Assembly (NCBI GenBank): GCA_002897715.1
Contig: BDUA01000039.1
Span: forward strand, 244 to 64,243
Direction: 5' to 3'
DNA from: a bacterium BMS3Abin01
GTDB lineage: Bacteria > Actinomycetota > Thermoleophilia > BMS3ABIN01
DNA length: 64,000 nt
Under the pieces are notes generated by a model that did not search any database, was not told the DNA's origin, and saw only the letters and a list, made by a program, of their open reading frames with translations. The position numbers were made by a program, and so were the translations under genes. Of this stretch, positions 18,569 to 28,145 are shown piece after piece (within the stretch, counting starts at the first letter, position 1; every line of letters begins with the position of its first letter).

Positions 18569-18943
18569 TTAGGGCTTATCATCCGGGATCAACGCTTTCC
18601 GGATCGACTCCTTCAGTTCCTTGATCCTGACCGGCTTGGGAAAGAAGTCGAATACGTCCTCCTTGATGGCTTCGATGGCCACGTCCAGGTTGGCAAAAGC
18701 GGTTATCATGATGACCTTGGTATTGGGATACAGCTTCTTCACCGTCCTTAGAACCTCCAGGCCGTCGATATTCTTCATTTTCAGGTCGGTTACCACTACA
18801 TCGAAGGGCTGCTCCTCCAGCTTCTTCAGAGCCGGGCCGGCGTTTAGGAAAGTCTCCACCTCGTAGCCCTCTTCCTCCAGTGATATCTTGGCCATGTCTC
18901 CAACTATTTTCTCATCATCTATGATCATGATCCTGTGACTCAT
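18569..18943 (-). CDS. Stand-alone response regulator receiver domain (CheY-like)
   Basis: 'IMIIDDE...VVTDLKM...IMITA' with conserved Asp/Lys positions. No output domain. Confidence 0.85.
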   Translation of the reverse strand: MSHRIMIIDDEKIVGDMAKISLEEEGYEVETFLNAGPALKKLEEQPFDVVVTDLKMKNIDGLEVLRTVKKLYPNTKVIMITAFANLDVAIEAIKEDVFDFFPKPVRIKELKESIRKALIPDDKP

Positions 18944-20349
18944 GCGCTCCCTTTCTCCTGGTCGTTGACAGGTAGCTGAATAGTGAATGTAGTGCCCAAC
19001 CCCATGCGGCTGTCAACCTTGATATTACCGCCATGGGATTTGATGATACTGTAGCTCACCGACAGGCCCAGGCCGGTCCCTCCCTCCTCCTTGGTGCTGA
19101 AGAACGGATCGAATATATGGGGGATGTATTCGGAAGGTATCCCCTTGCCGGTGTCAGTAATCCTTATCTCCACCATGCCGTTTTCCGAATCAAGGCTGGT
19201 TCTTACGGTAAGCCGGCCCTCCGGCCGCATGGCCTGGGCGGCGTTGACAAACAGGTTTACCAGGACCTGCTGCATCTGGTTTTCATCCAGTAACAGCCGC
19301 GGCAACCCTTCGGCCAGCTCCACGCGGCTTTTGATATTGGCCACATTCAGGCTGTTCTGTACCAGCAGCAGCGCCTTCCTCAACAGCTCGTTGATGTCCA
19401 CTTCGCTGAGCCTGGGCTCCCTGGGTTTGGCAAAATCCAGAAGGTTATCGACTATCTGCTTGATCCGCTCCGACTCCTGGTCCACTTTCTCCATGAACTC
19501 CCGCCTCTGGGACGGGCTCAACTTGTCGTACATCTCTTCATATGTCTGGGCGATCATGGAGATATTGTTGACCGGGTTGTTGAGTTCATGCGCCACTCCG
19601 GCAACCAGTACGCCCATGGAGGCCAGCTTCTTGGACTGGATCAGTTCTTCTTCCCGCTGCTCCAGCTCCTCCGACATGGTGTTGATCGCCTCGATGACCA
19701 CCCCGAACTCGTCCCGGCGTATAGACGACTCGATCTTGCTGTAATCACCGGCGGCGATCGATCTGGCCTGGAGCTCTATGTACTTTATGGGCTTCAGAAC
19801 CATCCGGGAAACCACCCGGCTGACAATCAGCGCCGTCACTATCACGGCGAAGAAGGATGAGAACAGCAGCAGCTTGGACCGGTTGATGATGTTGCTGATA
19901 TGCTCCCGCTCCAGCTTGGTGATGCGGGAGGAGGTCTCCTCCAGATCATGTCCCTTCGCCCTGATATTGTCCGCGATCTGCTGGTTCCAGGAGTCATTAT
20001 CGATCGCCTCCGTTACCGCCACGTTATAATCGTAGAGTCCCTTTTCAAGCTGGTTATAACCTGACTCACCGATAACGGGGATAATGTCATCCTTCACCTC
20101 ATCCAGTACATCGTTAGCCTTGGAGATGTTGGTCTTGATCTCGTACAGGGCGGTGATGTTGTTAAACAGGAAATAGTTCTTTTCCGAGAGCCTCATCTCC
20201 AGAAAGGAAGTATTGAGGTCGTCGGCTATCTCCAGGAACCTTTGCTTGGAGCTGACGCTGTTCAGTGACTGGATGGCGGAACCACCGATGATCACGATGA
20301 GCACCAGGTAGATCGCGTTCAGGAGGATGATTTTTCGTTCGATCTTCAT
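18940..20349 (-). CDS. Sensor histidine kinase with extracytoplasmic sensor domain
   Basis: Two TM segments flank a ~150-aa sensor domain. H-box 'HELNNPVNNI'. HATPase_c 'DTGKGIP...GGTGLGLSVS'. Confidence 0.85.
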   Translation of the reverse strand: MKIERKIILLNAIYLVLIVIIGGSAIQSLNSVSSKQRFLEIADDLNTSFLEMRLSEKNYFLFNNITALYEIKTNISKANDVLDEVKDDIIPVIGESGYNQLEKGLYDYNVAVTEAIDNDSWNQQIADNIRAKGHDLEETSSRITKLEREHISNIINRSKLLLFSSFFAVIVTALIVSRVVSRMVLKPIKYIELQARSIAAGDYSKIESSIRRDEFGVVIEAINTMSEELEQREEELIQSKKLASMGVLVAGVAHELNNPVNNISMIAQTYEEMYDKLSPSQRREFMEKVDQESERIKQIVDNLLDFAKPREPRLSEVDINELLRKALLLVQNSLNVANIKSRVELAEGLPRLLLDENQMQQVLVNLFVNAAQAMRPEGRLTVRTSLDSENGMVEIRITDTGKGIPSEYIPHIFDPFFSTKEEGGTGLGLSVSYSIIKSHGGNIKVDSRMGLGTTFTIQLPVNDQEKGSA

Positions 20350-20352
20350 TAT

Positions 20353-21444
20353 TTATCGCACCGGGTCGGACAGCAGCCGTTCCAGCTTCGGTTCTTCCTT
20401 TCGGGTTGGCAGATACCATTGCAGCCCGTCGATGATCATCGTCCCGCCGGCCAGTATCAATATCAGACCCCACAAGGACACCATGTCCACCTGGAAATAA
20501 CGAACCAGGCCCAGGCCGATACCCAGAAAGACGATCCCGGTCCTGATGAAAGCCAGGCCGGTCCGCGCCCGGGCATACAGGGTCCTGTAGCAGGCGGCCA
20601 ATGTTCGTTGGGCGGCCAGTATATCGCGTTCACGGGCCAGGTGCGTCCGTTCACGGCTTTCCGGTTCCGGCCGCAACAGGGAACAGTAGCTGGGCAGAAA
20701 ATCTGTCAGCCGCGACAGCATGGTTGCCTTTGTTCTGGGCCTGGGCGCGTAATCAACCTGGTAGTCTTCCACGAAGCGCAGCGCCGCCCCCGTCACCTCA
20801 ACCAGGGTCTGCGGGCCCGGGGACCTCATCATCAAACGGCGCAGCTTCAGGTAAAGATAAAGCCCCACGCCGGTAATGGCTATTCCCGATACCAGCAGGA
20901 CCCAGTAAACAAGCTGGGTGAAGGTGAAGCTCCACCCCAGCACGGCGGAGGCGCTGGCCAGGGTGACGAAACCCAGCCCCCACCTGAGGACCGACAGCGA
21001 CACCCTGATCTTGGCGAGATCGGTGCGGTAGCAGGCCAGCCTGGTCCTCCAGGTAGCCATGGTGTTGCGCCAGTATGCCAGTCCGGTGCGTTCGGTGCCG
21101 ATGATCTCACCGGGCGGCGCGTTCAGATAGTCATCGATCATCCACCTGATATGCGATTCCGGAGCCACGCGCAACTCGTAGGGAGCGCCCCGGACCACCT
21201 TCCTCACCACTTCCATGTCAACATTTTCGGGGTCGGCGACCGCGACCACGATCCGGTCGCCATCCTTGATCACCGGGAACACCAGCGCCCGCGCCAGCAG
21301 ATCCGGATCCATGCCCTCCAGCAGTTCCGGCGGCACCGGCAGCCGTTCATCGTACTGGATGGACTCAATCCCGTATCTTCGCGACAGCTCCTTCAGAGCC
21401 TCCCCGCAGTCAGCCCAGTCCTGCTCCTGATCATAGGTCGTCAT
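20353..21444 (-). CDS. Membrane protein with N-terminal GspE/PilB N-terminal-like (T2SSE_N, second half) domain and tandem DUF202 (YidH-like) repeats
   Basis: 'ELLEGMDPDLLARALVFPVIKDGDRIVVAVADPENVDMEVVRKVVRGAPYELRVAPESHIRW' resembles the T2SSE_N fold. Repeated 'ERTxLAxxRTxLA' DUF202 units, each followed by TM helix pairs. Start moved to the Met at 21442-21444 to avoid a 125-nt overlap; the track start is 21555. Confidence 0.55.
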   Translation of the reverse strand: MTTYDQEQDWADCGEALKELSRRYGIESIQYDERLPVPPELLEGMDPDLLARALVFPVIKDGDRIVVAVADPENVDMEVVRKVVRGAPYELRVAPESHIRWMIDDYLNAPPGEIIGTERTGLAYWRNTMATWRTRLACYRTDLAKIRVSLSVLRWGLGFVTLASASAVLGWSFTFTQLVYWVLLVSGIAITGVGLYLYLKLRRLMMRSPGPQTLVEVTGAALRFVEDYQVDYAPRPRTKATMLSRLTDFLPSYCSLLRPEPESRERTHLARERDILAAQRTLAACYRTLYARARTGLAFIRTGIVFLGIGLGLVRYFQVDMVSLWGLILILAGGTMIIDGLQWYLPTRKEEPKLERLLSDPVR

Positions 21445-22747
21445 GGCTGAACACCACCTTACTCCAGCGACTTGCGGGTACGCCATAATTGGGCATGCCG
21501 ATCTCAAGGTCGCCGTAACAATAGGGGAACTGCTCCCTGACCTTCTCGGAAACACGGAACCAGCGCAATCCGTCCAGGATGAGCGTCATTCCCAGCATTA
21601 CCATGATAACCTCTATAATCACCCACATCAGACCGCCCGGCAGGAAGGTGATCAGACCCGCCCCAACCGCTGATATGCTGGTGCCGGTGCGGATAAAGGC
21701 AAGCCCGGTCCTGGAATGGGCCATCACCACCCTTAATCGCGACATCAGGTTCCGGCGCTCCGCCAGAACGGTCCGCTCCAGCGCCAGCCCGGTTGTACCC
21801 CATACACCGGGGGCGTGAGACGCTTTAACCGGCGGATAGGTATCCCGGAAACGATTGAGCGGCGGAAATTCAATATCCCAGATATTCTTTTCCTTGAGGG
21901 ACTTCCTGAATATCCTCATGGCTTTACTGCCGGCGCGATAGCCGGGTACGTACCAGTAAAACCCCTCCAGAGCCATGGCCGAGCCCACCACTATCAGGAA
22001 GATGTCGAAATAGGTCCAGACGCTGGCCGGAAAGCTCCTGATGAGGGCCAGCCCCAGTCCGGCAAAAGCCACGCCGGAGCGGGTAAAAGCCAGGCCGATG
22101 CGCGTTTTGGCCATGATCGTCCTCAGCGAAGCATAGGCGGTGCGGTCCTCTGCCATGTCGGTGCGGTCGTTGGCCAGGAACCTCCGGCGCTCCACCGGCG
22201 CCAGTTCGTTCCAGCCGGCGCGGAGCTGCTCCGCGCCCCTGACCGCGTCGCTACGGAAATAACGGGGGTCCGTGAGCTCGTCCGCTACGCCCAGCACAGT
22301 TACTCCCGGCTCCCTGGGAGTACTCTCGTAACCCAGATTACGGGCAGCGTCCTTGCGCACCGGTAAATACCATCTGAGGCCGTCAAGGATCATCACCACC
22401 CCCGCCGCCAACAGCGCCAGGTCGAGCGTCAGGATGACGGCTCCGGTGCCGAAAAACCGCGTAAAGGAAACGGCGATGGTTACCATGGCGATGCCGGTAC
22501 GGAAGAACGCCAGGCCGGTCCTGCCCTTTGCCAGAGCGGTCCGCTGTGAAGACAGCGCCGACCGGCGGCCGGACAGATGGGTCCGTACCTTCGCCAGAGG
22601 TGTCCTGCCGGCGAAAGGAGGGAACCCCGGGTTCAGGTCCTGCCGGACCCCGGTGGTCTGGGTTTCCCCGGTAGATTCGCCGGAAGAATATGCCCCCCCG
22701 GTCATCAAGCCTGATTCCGCTTCATCGGAGTGATTACTCTGTCGCAA
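21431..22747 (-). CDS. Membrane protein with three or four tandem DUF202 (YidH-like) repeats
   Basis: Repeated 'NDRTxxAxxRTxxAxxRTGLAFxRTG' units, each followed by two TM helices. Paralogous to the adjacent gene. Confidence 0.6.
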   Translation of the reverse strand: MRQSNHSDEAESGLMTGGAYSSGESTGETQTTGVRQDLNPGFPPFAGRTPLAKVRTHLSGRRSALSSQRTALAKGRTGLAFFRTGIAMVTIAVSFTRFFGTGAVILTLDLALLAAGVVMILDGLRWYLPVRKDAARNLGYESTPREPGVTVLGVADELTDPRYFRSDAVRGAEQLRAGWNELAPVERRRFLANDRTDMAEDRTAYASLRTIMAKTRIGLAFTRSGVAFAGLGLALIRSFPASVWTYFDIFLIVVGSAMALEGFYWYVPGYRAGSKAMRIFRKSLKEKNIWDIEFPPLNRFRDTYPPVKASHAPGVWGTTGLALERTVLAERRNLMSRLRVVMAHSRTGLAFIRTGTSISAVGAGLITFLPGGLMWVIIEVIMVMLGMTLILDGLRWFRVSEKVREQFPYCYGDLEIGMPNYGVPASRWSKVVFSHDDL

Positions 22748-22886
22748 ATGATCAAATCTGTGATACAGATAACTTCATAAACTATAATTATATAACGTTT
22801 AGCTGCGACATTTATATATGGAGGCACCCCCGGGAATCCGGCGAAGATATGTATGCCGGTAAAAACCGCTTTCCACAGGTAACTCA

Positions 22887-24332
22887 TTGGCTGACAGAAG
22901 CAGAGTACCACTTAACGCTGTCCTGCTGAGCACATCCCAGTTCCTCCGGGCGGTCATCGGTTTCCTTTTTTTCCTGTTTCTGGCCCGCCGCCTGGGACCG
23001 GTCGATTACGGCAGGTATATGTTCGCCTTCGCCCTGGCGGAGATCTTCTCCATCATGGGCGACTTCGGCCTCCACGAATACTCCATCCGGGAATTCGCCC
23101 GCCGACCTGAGCTGCTTGCCCGGCGGTTGCCCGGCATCCTGGGACTTAAAACGGTACTGTCCTGCCTCTCCGCCGCAGTCATGATCGCCCTGGTGCCGCT
23201 GCTGGGCCGGGACCCCGCCACCTCGCTGGCGGTGACCGCCTTCGCCCTGGCCCAGATAGGCTATTCCTGGTACTACGCGGCCACCATCGCCTACTCGGTA
23301 AAGCAGGACCTGCATATCCAGGCGTTGCTCTGGCTGCTGCAGAAGTTCTTCTTCGTCGCCGCCGGCGTGGCCGTGATACTGGCCGGACGCGGCTTCGTCG
23401 CCGTGGCCTTCAGCAACACCCTGGTACAGTTCGCCGGCGGCCTGGTGGCGGTGGCCATCGTCCTGAAGAAATACGGGCCCTTCGTCCGCTCCCTTGACCA
23501 CCAGCGATGGCTGGGCTACCTGAAGGCCGCCCTGCCCTTCGGCCTCATCGTCGCCTTCTACCTGGTCTATTTCCGGGTGGACAGCGTGATGATCTCCTTC
23601 TTCCGCGGTGATGCCGAAGTGGGCCAGTACAACGCCGCCTACAGCCTGGCGTCGGCGATGATGTTCGCCCCCGCCGGCCTGGTCGCCGCCCTGTTCCCCC
23701 GGCTGGCCGGTACCTACCGCTCTCCCGGAGACAACCTGGACGCGCCGTTCCAGCGGGCCGCCCGCTGGTTGCTGGTGATGTCACTGCCCCTGGCGGTGGG
23801 GGGCTGGCTGCTGGCGGACCAGCTCATGGTCTGGCTGCTGGGCGCCACCTACCTCCCGGCGGCCTCGGCGCTGAAGATACTGGCGTGGACCCTGCCCGTC
23901 TGGTTCATCACCTTCCTGCAGGGCAACCTGCTCACCATCATCGAACGGCAGAAGGCGGTGGCGGTGGTGGGCTTCGTCAACATGACGGCCAACGTGGTGC
24001 TGAACCTGATAATCATCCCCCGCTACGGTTTCGCCGGCGCCGCCGCCACCACCCTGGCTACGGAGGTCATCGGTATGGCCCAGATGTTCTACCTGCTCCG
24101 GCGCAACATCACCCTGACACGGACCGCCCTCACCGCCGCTTCCATCGGCGCCCTGTCCGCGCTGACCGGGGCACTCATCTGGCAGCTGCGTGACAATCTG
24201 CATGTCCTGGGGGTTATCCTCATCGCCACTGTGTTTTATGGAACGGCGGTGATGGGGCTGAAGATCATACGCCCGTCCGAGCTGAAGGCGCTGCTGGGCC
24301 GCGGACGCCCCGGTGGCGGCGGTGAAGGCTAG
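22887..24332 (+). CDS. Wzx-type oligosaccharide/polysaccharide flippase (MOP superfamily)
   Basis: ~480 aa with 12-14 TM helices. Composition typical of a 'polysaccharide biosynthesis protein'. Located in a GT/Wzy context. Confidence 0.7.
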   Translation: MADRSRVPLNAVLLSTSQFLRAVIGFLFFLFLARRLGPVDYGRYMFAFALAEIFSIMGDFGLHEYSIREFARRPELLARRLPGILGLKTVLSCLSAAVMIALVPLLGRDPATSLAVTAFALAQIGYSWYYAATIAYSVKQDLHIQALLWLLQKFFFVAAGVAVILAGRGFVAVAFSNTLVQFAGGLVAVAIVLKKYGPFVRSLDHQRWLGYLKAALPFGLIVAFYLVYFRVDSVMISFFRGDAEVGQYNAAYSLASAMMFAPAGLVAALFPRLAGTYRSPGDNLDAPFQRAARWLLVMSLPLAVGGWLLADQLMVWLLGATYLPAASALKILAWTLPVWFITFLQGNLLTIIERQKAVAVVGFVNMTANVVLNLIIIPRYGFAGAAATTLATEVIGMAQMFYLLRRNITLTRTALTAASIGALSALTGALIWQLRDNLHVLGVILIATVFYGTAVMGLKIIRPSELKALLGRGRPGGGGEG

Positions 24333-25453
24333 GCCTTCTTTTCGGACCTGCCGCCAGGGCCGGCGGCGGCCTCGTCCAGCCGCGCCGCCACGAAATCGGC
24401 TATCTCCCGCCTGAATCGTTCTTTGGAGAATGAAGCAGCGTGCCGCGACAGCTTTGCCGCATCGAAATCCCCGGGGGCGAAGCGTGATACCCCCTCGATC
24501 AGGGAGGCGACCGTGGGCTCGGGGAACAGTACGCCGGTCTCGCCGTCGATCACCGTCTCCAGCAGCCCGCCGCGGCCCAGCCCGATCACCGGCTTGCCGG
24601 CGGCCATGGCCTCCACCGGAACGATGCCGAAGTCCTCTTCGCCCGGGAACACCAGCGCCACGCACCCGTCTATCAGCTCCGGCACCTGCTCGTCGAAGGC
24701 GTAGCCGCTGAACCGGACATTCGCCGCCGCCATGCGTTCCAGCCGCTTCCGCTCCGGACCGTCGCCCACTACCTTGAGCGGCAGACCCAGGCGGGAGAAG
24801 GCCTCCACCGCCAGTTCCACGCGCTTGTAGGCCACCAGTCGCGACAGCACCAGGAAGTAGCTTCCCTGTTTCCCGCGGGGCGGGAATCGTTCCACGTCCA
24901 CCGGGGGGTTGATTACCGTCGCCTGGCGACGGTAATACTTGGCTATCTTGGCGGCGATGTTCCGCGAGTTGGCGATGAAGTGATCCACCCGGTCCGCCGC
25001 CAGCCGGTCCCACAGGCGCAGGTAGTGGAGCACCAGGTTGCTGCCGGCTCTGGCCACCGGGTTGGCGAACCGGAGGCGCGCGTCCAGATGCGGCTCCCAG
25101 GCGTAGCGCAGGGGCGTGTGGCAATAACAGACATGCAGCGTCCCGGGCCCGGTGAGGATACCCTTGGCGCAGGCCGAGCTGGAGGAGAGAACCAGGTCGT
25201 AAGCGGAGAAATCAAAGGATTCAAAAGCCAGGGGGAAAAGGGGTATGTACCTCTGCGCCACCTGGTGCAGAAAGGGCAGCTTCTGCACGAACGAAGTACG
25301 CACGTCCCAGGACATAACCGAATCCGGCAGGTTACGGCTGGAAAGAAAGCTGGTATAGACCGGGGCGTCCGGGTAAACCTCCAGGAACGCCTCCACCACC
25401 CGCTCGGACCCGCCCAGCGTCGTCAGCCATTCATGTGAGATCGCGACCTTCAA
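24329..25453 (-). CDS. GT4 (GT-B fold) glycosyltransferase
   Basis: 'EDFGIVPVEAMAAGKPVI' EX7E-like C-terminal motif. N-terminal 'KVAISHEWLTTLGGSERV'. Confidence 0.8.
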   Translation of the reverse strand: MKVAISHEWLTTLGGSERVVEAFLEVYPDAPVYTSFLSSRNLPDSVMSWDVRTSFVQKLPFLHQVAQRYIPLFPLAFESFDFSAYDLVLSSSSACAKGILTGPGTLHVCYCHTPLRYAWEPHLDARLRFANPVARAGSNLVLHYLRLWDRLAADRVDHFIANSRNIAAKIAKYYRRQATVINPPVDVERFPPRGKQGSYFLVLSRLVAYKRVELAVEAFSRLGLPLKVVGDGPERKRLERMAAANVRFSGYAFDEQVPELIDGCVALVFPGEEDFGIVPVEAMAAGKPVIGLGRGGLLETVIDGETGVLFPEPTVASLIEGVSRFAPGDFDAAKLSRHAASFSKERFRREIADFVAARLDEAAAGPGGRSEKKA

Positions 25454-25638
25454 GTAGACCCCCTGTCAATGCCATCTGTCTATCTGTCGGCGCCGGCGGG
25501 GAAAAATTCAGCCCCGGCGCCCGGCCGTCCCGGCCGTCTTCATTTGAGAATAGCCGCCAGAAAGCATATACTTTTTGTAGGAATTATTCAGTAACGGATG
25601 ATATTGTGTGTTGTTCAGCGAATACCTTGAAGCGGTAC

Positions 25639-26589
25639 ATGGCCCCAGCAAAGTCTCAGAAAAGCATGGACGAAGCTATCATCAAAGCGCTCTGTTACGC
25701 TGATATCTTCAACTTCCCCTTGACCCTCGAAGAGATCGTCCGTTTCGTCCCCGGGACCGAGCTCAGCATCGATGAAGCCGCCAGCCGGATCAGCAACAGC
25801 AAACCGCTGGGCAGGGTCGTGAAGAAGAACACCCACATGTTCTACCTTGAAGGCAGGGAGGCCAACTGCCGGGTGCGGCAGGACCGTGAGCCCGTCTCCA
25901 AACAGAAGCTGGAGATAGCCCTCCGGCGCCTCATCCCCCTGCAGGGCATACCCTTCCTGCGGACAGCTCTGATAACCGGCGCCCTGGCGGCTTTCAACTC
26001 CCCCGAGGGCGACGATGTGGATCTGCTTATCATCAGCGCCCCACGGCGTGTATGGACCACTTATTTCTTCCTGCGCGTCTGGCGCCTGTTCGGACACAAC
26101 CCGGACATCTGCTTCAACATGTTCCTCAGCGAGGGAAACCTGGAGCTGGAAGGCGGCAATCAGAATTTCTTCTACGCCCGCGAGATACTGGGCGGCATAA
26201 AGGTATTCAACGAGACCGGCACCTTCGACCGCTTCCTGGACAGGAATCCCTGGGTCTACGATTTCTTCCCCTCCTACATCGCCGACGGCGAGCGCCTGGG
26301 CTTCCGCATCTGCCGCAGCCCGCGCTGGCGACGGCGCCAGGCGAAGCTGGAGCGCCTGCTGAGCGGCTTTCCGGGGGACCTGCTGGAATACGCGGTGCGG
26401 AAGGCGCAGTACCGGCAGATGGTGAAATCCACCCCGGGCGCCGCCGAACGCATGGACTCCAGGCGCATCAAGCTTCACAAGAGCGACAACCGCCCGCCCA
26501 TCCTCAACAGGTACGAACAGAACGTGCGGCACTGGCTGGACCGGTACAACCGTCCGTCCCGGGGAAAAAGGAAGAAGGAGCGGGCCTGA
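25639..26589 (+). CDS. Hypothetical protein, possible nucleotidyltransferase-fold (Pol-beta/LicD-like) enzyme
   Basis: 'GALAAFNSPEGDDVDLLIISAP' fits the G[SA]x9-13DxD NTase motif. Start set at the ATG at 25639; the track ORF starts earlier in a low-complexity region. Confidence 0.4.
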   Translation: MAPAKSQKSMDEAIIKALCYADIFNFPLTLEEIVRFVPGTELSIDEAASRISNSKPLGRVVKKNTHMFYLEGREANCRVRQDREPVSKQKLEIALRRLIPLQGIPFLRTALITGALAAFNSPEGDDVDLLIISAPRRVWTTYFFLRVWRLFGHNPDICFNMFLSEGNLELEGGNQNFFYAREILGGIKVFNETGTFDRFLDRNPWVYDFFPSYIADGERLGFRICRSPRWRRRQAKLERLLSGFPGDLLEYAVRKAQYRQMVKSTPGAAERMDSRRIKLHKSDNRPPILNRYEQNVRHWLDRYNRPSRGKRKKERA

Positions 26590-26602
26590 GCCCGGGCAGT
26601 CC

Positions 26603-28009
26603 TCAGGCGTCCCGCTTCACGAAAGCGATCAGCGTCTTCAGCATTATCTTGACGTCAAACCAGGGGCTCCAGTTCTCGATATAGTAGATGTCGTATTCAG
26701 CCCGCTCACTGATGTCCGTATCACCCCTGAGACCGTTTATCTGGGCCCAGCCCGTCAGGCCCGGCCGGACCCGGTGGCGGCTGGAGTAGGAAGGGATCCT
26801 TCGGGAGAACTTCCTGGCGTGATCCGGCTGCTCCGGCCGCGGCCCGACCAGGCTCATGTCCCCCTGGATGACGTTTATCAGCTGCGGCAGTTCATCGATG
26901 GCGAGAGGCCGGATCACCCTTCCCACCCTGGTGCGCCTGGCGTCACCGGCGGTGGTCCATCCTTGCGCCTCCCGGTCTGAACCTTTCCTCATGGAGCGGA
27001 ACTTGAGCATCTCAAAAGGCTTCTCGTTCTTGCCCAGCCGCGTCTGCCGGTAGAGCAGGGGGCCCCGCGAATCTATCTTGATAGCCAGCGCCGTCAGCAG
27101 CAGCACCGGGGACAACAGCACCAGCAGCAGTAGCGATATGACTATATCCATGCCGCGCTTGACGAAGCCCTGCAACCCGCTGATGTTGCTGCGCTGGAGC
27201 CCCACTACGGGAAGGCCGCGGATATGCTCCACGCCCACCCGGTCGCTGAACAGTTCATAGAGCCGCGGTACGATGGTGAAATCGACCCCGTAGGGGAAGC
27301 ACCGCTCCATGAGCTCCACCGTCTTGTCGTGCCGGTCGCGGGAGAAGGCCACCACCATGTGCTGGATGCCCTGCTCTTCCAGTACCTCCTCCAGTTTGCT
27401 GTAATCTTGGTACACCGGGTAGGAGCCCAGCTCCCGGGCCTGCCCGGACGGCTTCTCGTCGAGGAAGCCGACGAAGTTCAGACCCAGTTCGGGGTTGCGG
27501 ATGAGCTTGCGCGCGCAGGATACACCCACGGTCCCGGCGCCCAGCACCAGGGTGTTCTTGGCATAGCGTCCATGCCGCCGCCCCGATTTCTGCAGCATGT
27601 AGATCAACAGGCGCAACAGGGAGACGGAGAAGATGACACAGACCCATGAAATGACGATGACGTTACGCGAGTAATGGGTCGGGGGGAAGATGAATATGGT
27701 GAGCGCCAGCAGCATCAGTGATGCCTCGGTGATGGCCGAGAATATCTGCGGCAGTACCTCCAGCAGGCTGAGGTTGAGCCGGAAACGGTAGAGTCCGTGC
27801 AGTTTGAACAACAGCCAGTACAGCGGCAGGATCACCAACGCTATCGCCATGTAAAACTCAAATGACGGGGCGGCCTCTCCCACATCCTCATACCTGATGC
27901 CGAACTGGAAATATATCGCCCAGGCAAGGCGGTAGCCGGCCAGCACGCCAAGGAAATCGCCGACAACCAGCGAGATCTGAGTGAAACGGTGTGAAGTCAA
28001 TATATTCAT
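26603..28009 (-). CDS. Polyprenyl-phosphate glycosyl-1-phosphate transferase (WbaP/WcaJ-like bacterial sugar transferase), pathway-initiating enzyme
   Basis: Four N-terminal TM helices plus a central NAD-binding-like region. C-terminal 'bacterial sugar transferase' signature: 'KRGMDIVISLLLL...DSRGPLLYRQTRLGKNEKPFEMLKFRSM...DELPQLINVIQGDMSLVGPRP'. Confidence 0.85.
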   Translation of the reverse strand: MNILTSHRFTQISLVVGDFLGVLAGYRLAWAIYFQFGIRYEDVGEAAPSFEFYMAIALVILPLYWLLFKLHGLYRFRLNLSLLEVLPQIFSAITEASLMLLALTIFIFPPTHYSRNVIVISWVCVIFSVSLLRLLIYMLQKSGRRHGRYAKNTLVLGAGTVGVSCARKLIRNPELGLNFVGFLDEKPSGQARELGSYPVYQDYSKLEEVLEEQGIQHMVVAFSRDRHDKTVELMERCFPYGVDFTIVPRLYELFSDRVGVEHIRGLPVVGLQRSNISGLQGFVKRGMDIVISLLLLVLLSPVLLLTALAIKIDSRGPLLYRQTRLGKNEKPFEMLKFRSMRKGSDREAQGWTTAGDARRTRVGRVIRPLAIDELPQLINVIQGDMSLVGPRPEQPDHARKFSRRIPSYSSRHRVRPGLTGWAQINGLRGDTDISERAEYDIYYIENWSPWFDVKIMLKTLIAFVKRDA

Positions 28010-28145
28010 TACCCACTAAACCGGTCGATGCTCAGGATTATGCCGATGCCACATTCTAGGGCTTTTAACGGACTTCCCCAAACAGGGCCAAGTCCTCCGC
28101 TGTGATTCCTGTCGGTTTTCACAAGGTAGTGCTAAAATCGGGGGC

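Noticed and set aside
16031-18751. Long plus-strand ORFs (16031..17005, 17348..18751) inside the PEP-synthase-like gene
   Set aside because: They are antisense to a well-supported 849-aa CDS. The translations are low complexity.
20419-21450. 343-aa plus-strand ORF over the DUF202 gene
   Set aside because: It is antisense and G/P/Q/R-rich, with no motifs.
23781-25124. 447-aa ORF on the minus strand, rich in R/G/P/A
   Set aside because: It lies wholly antisense to the Wzx flippase and overlaps the GT4 gene. Its low-complexity composition is typical of spurious long ORFs in high-GC DNA.
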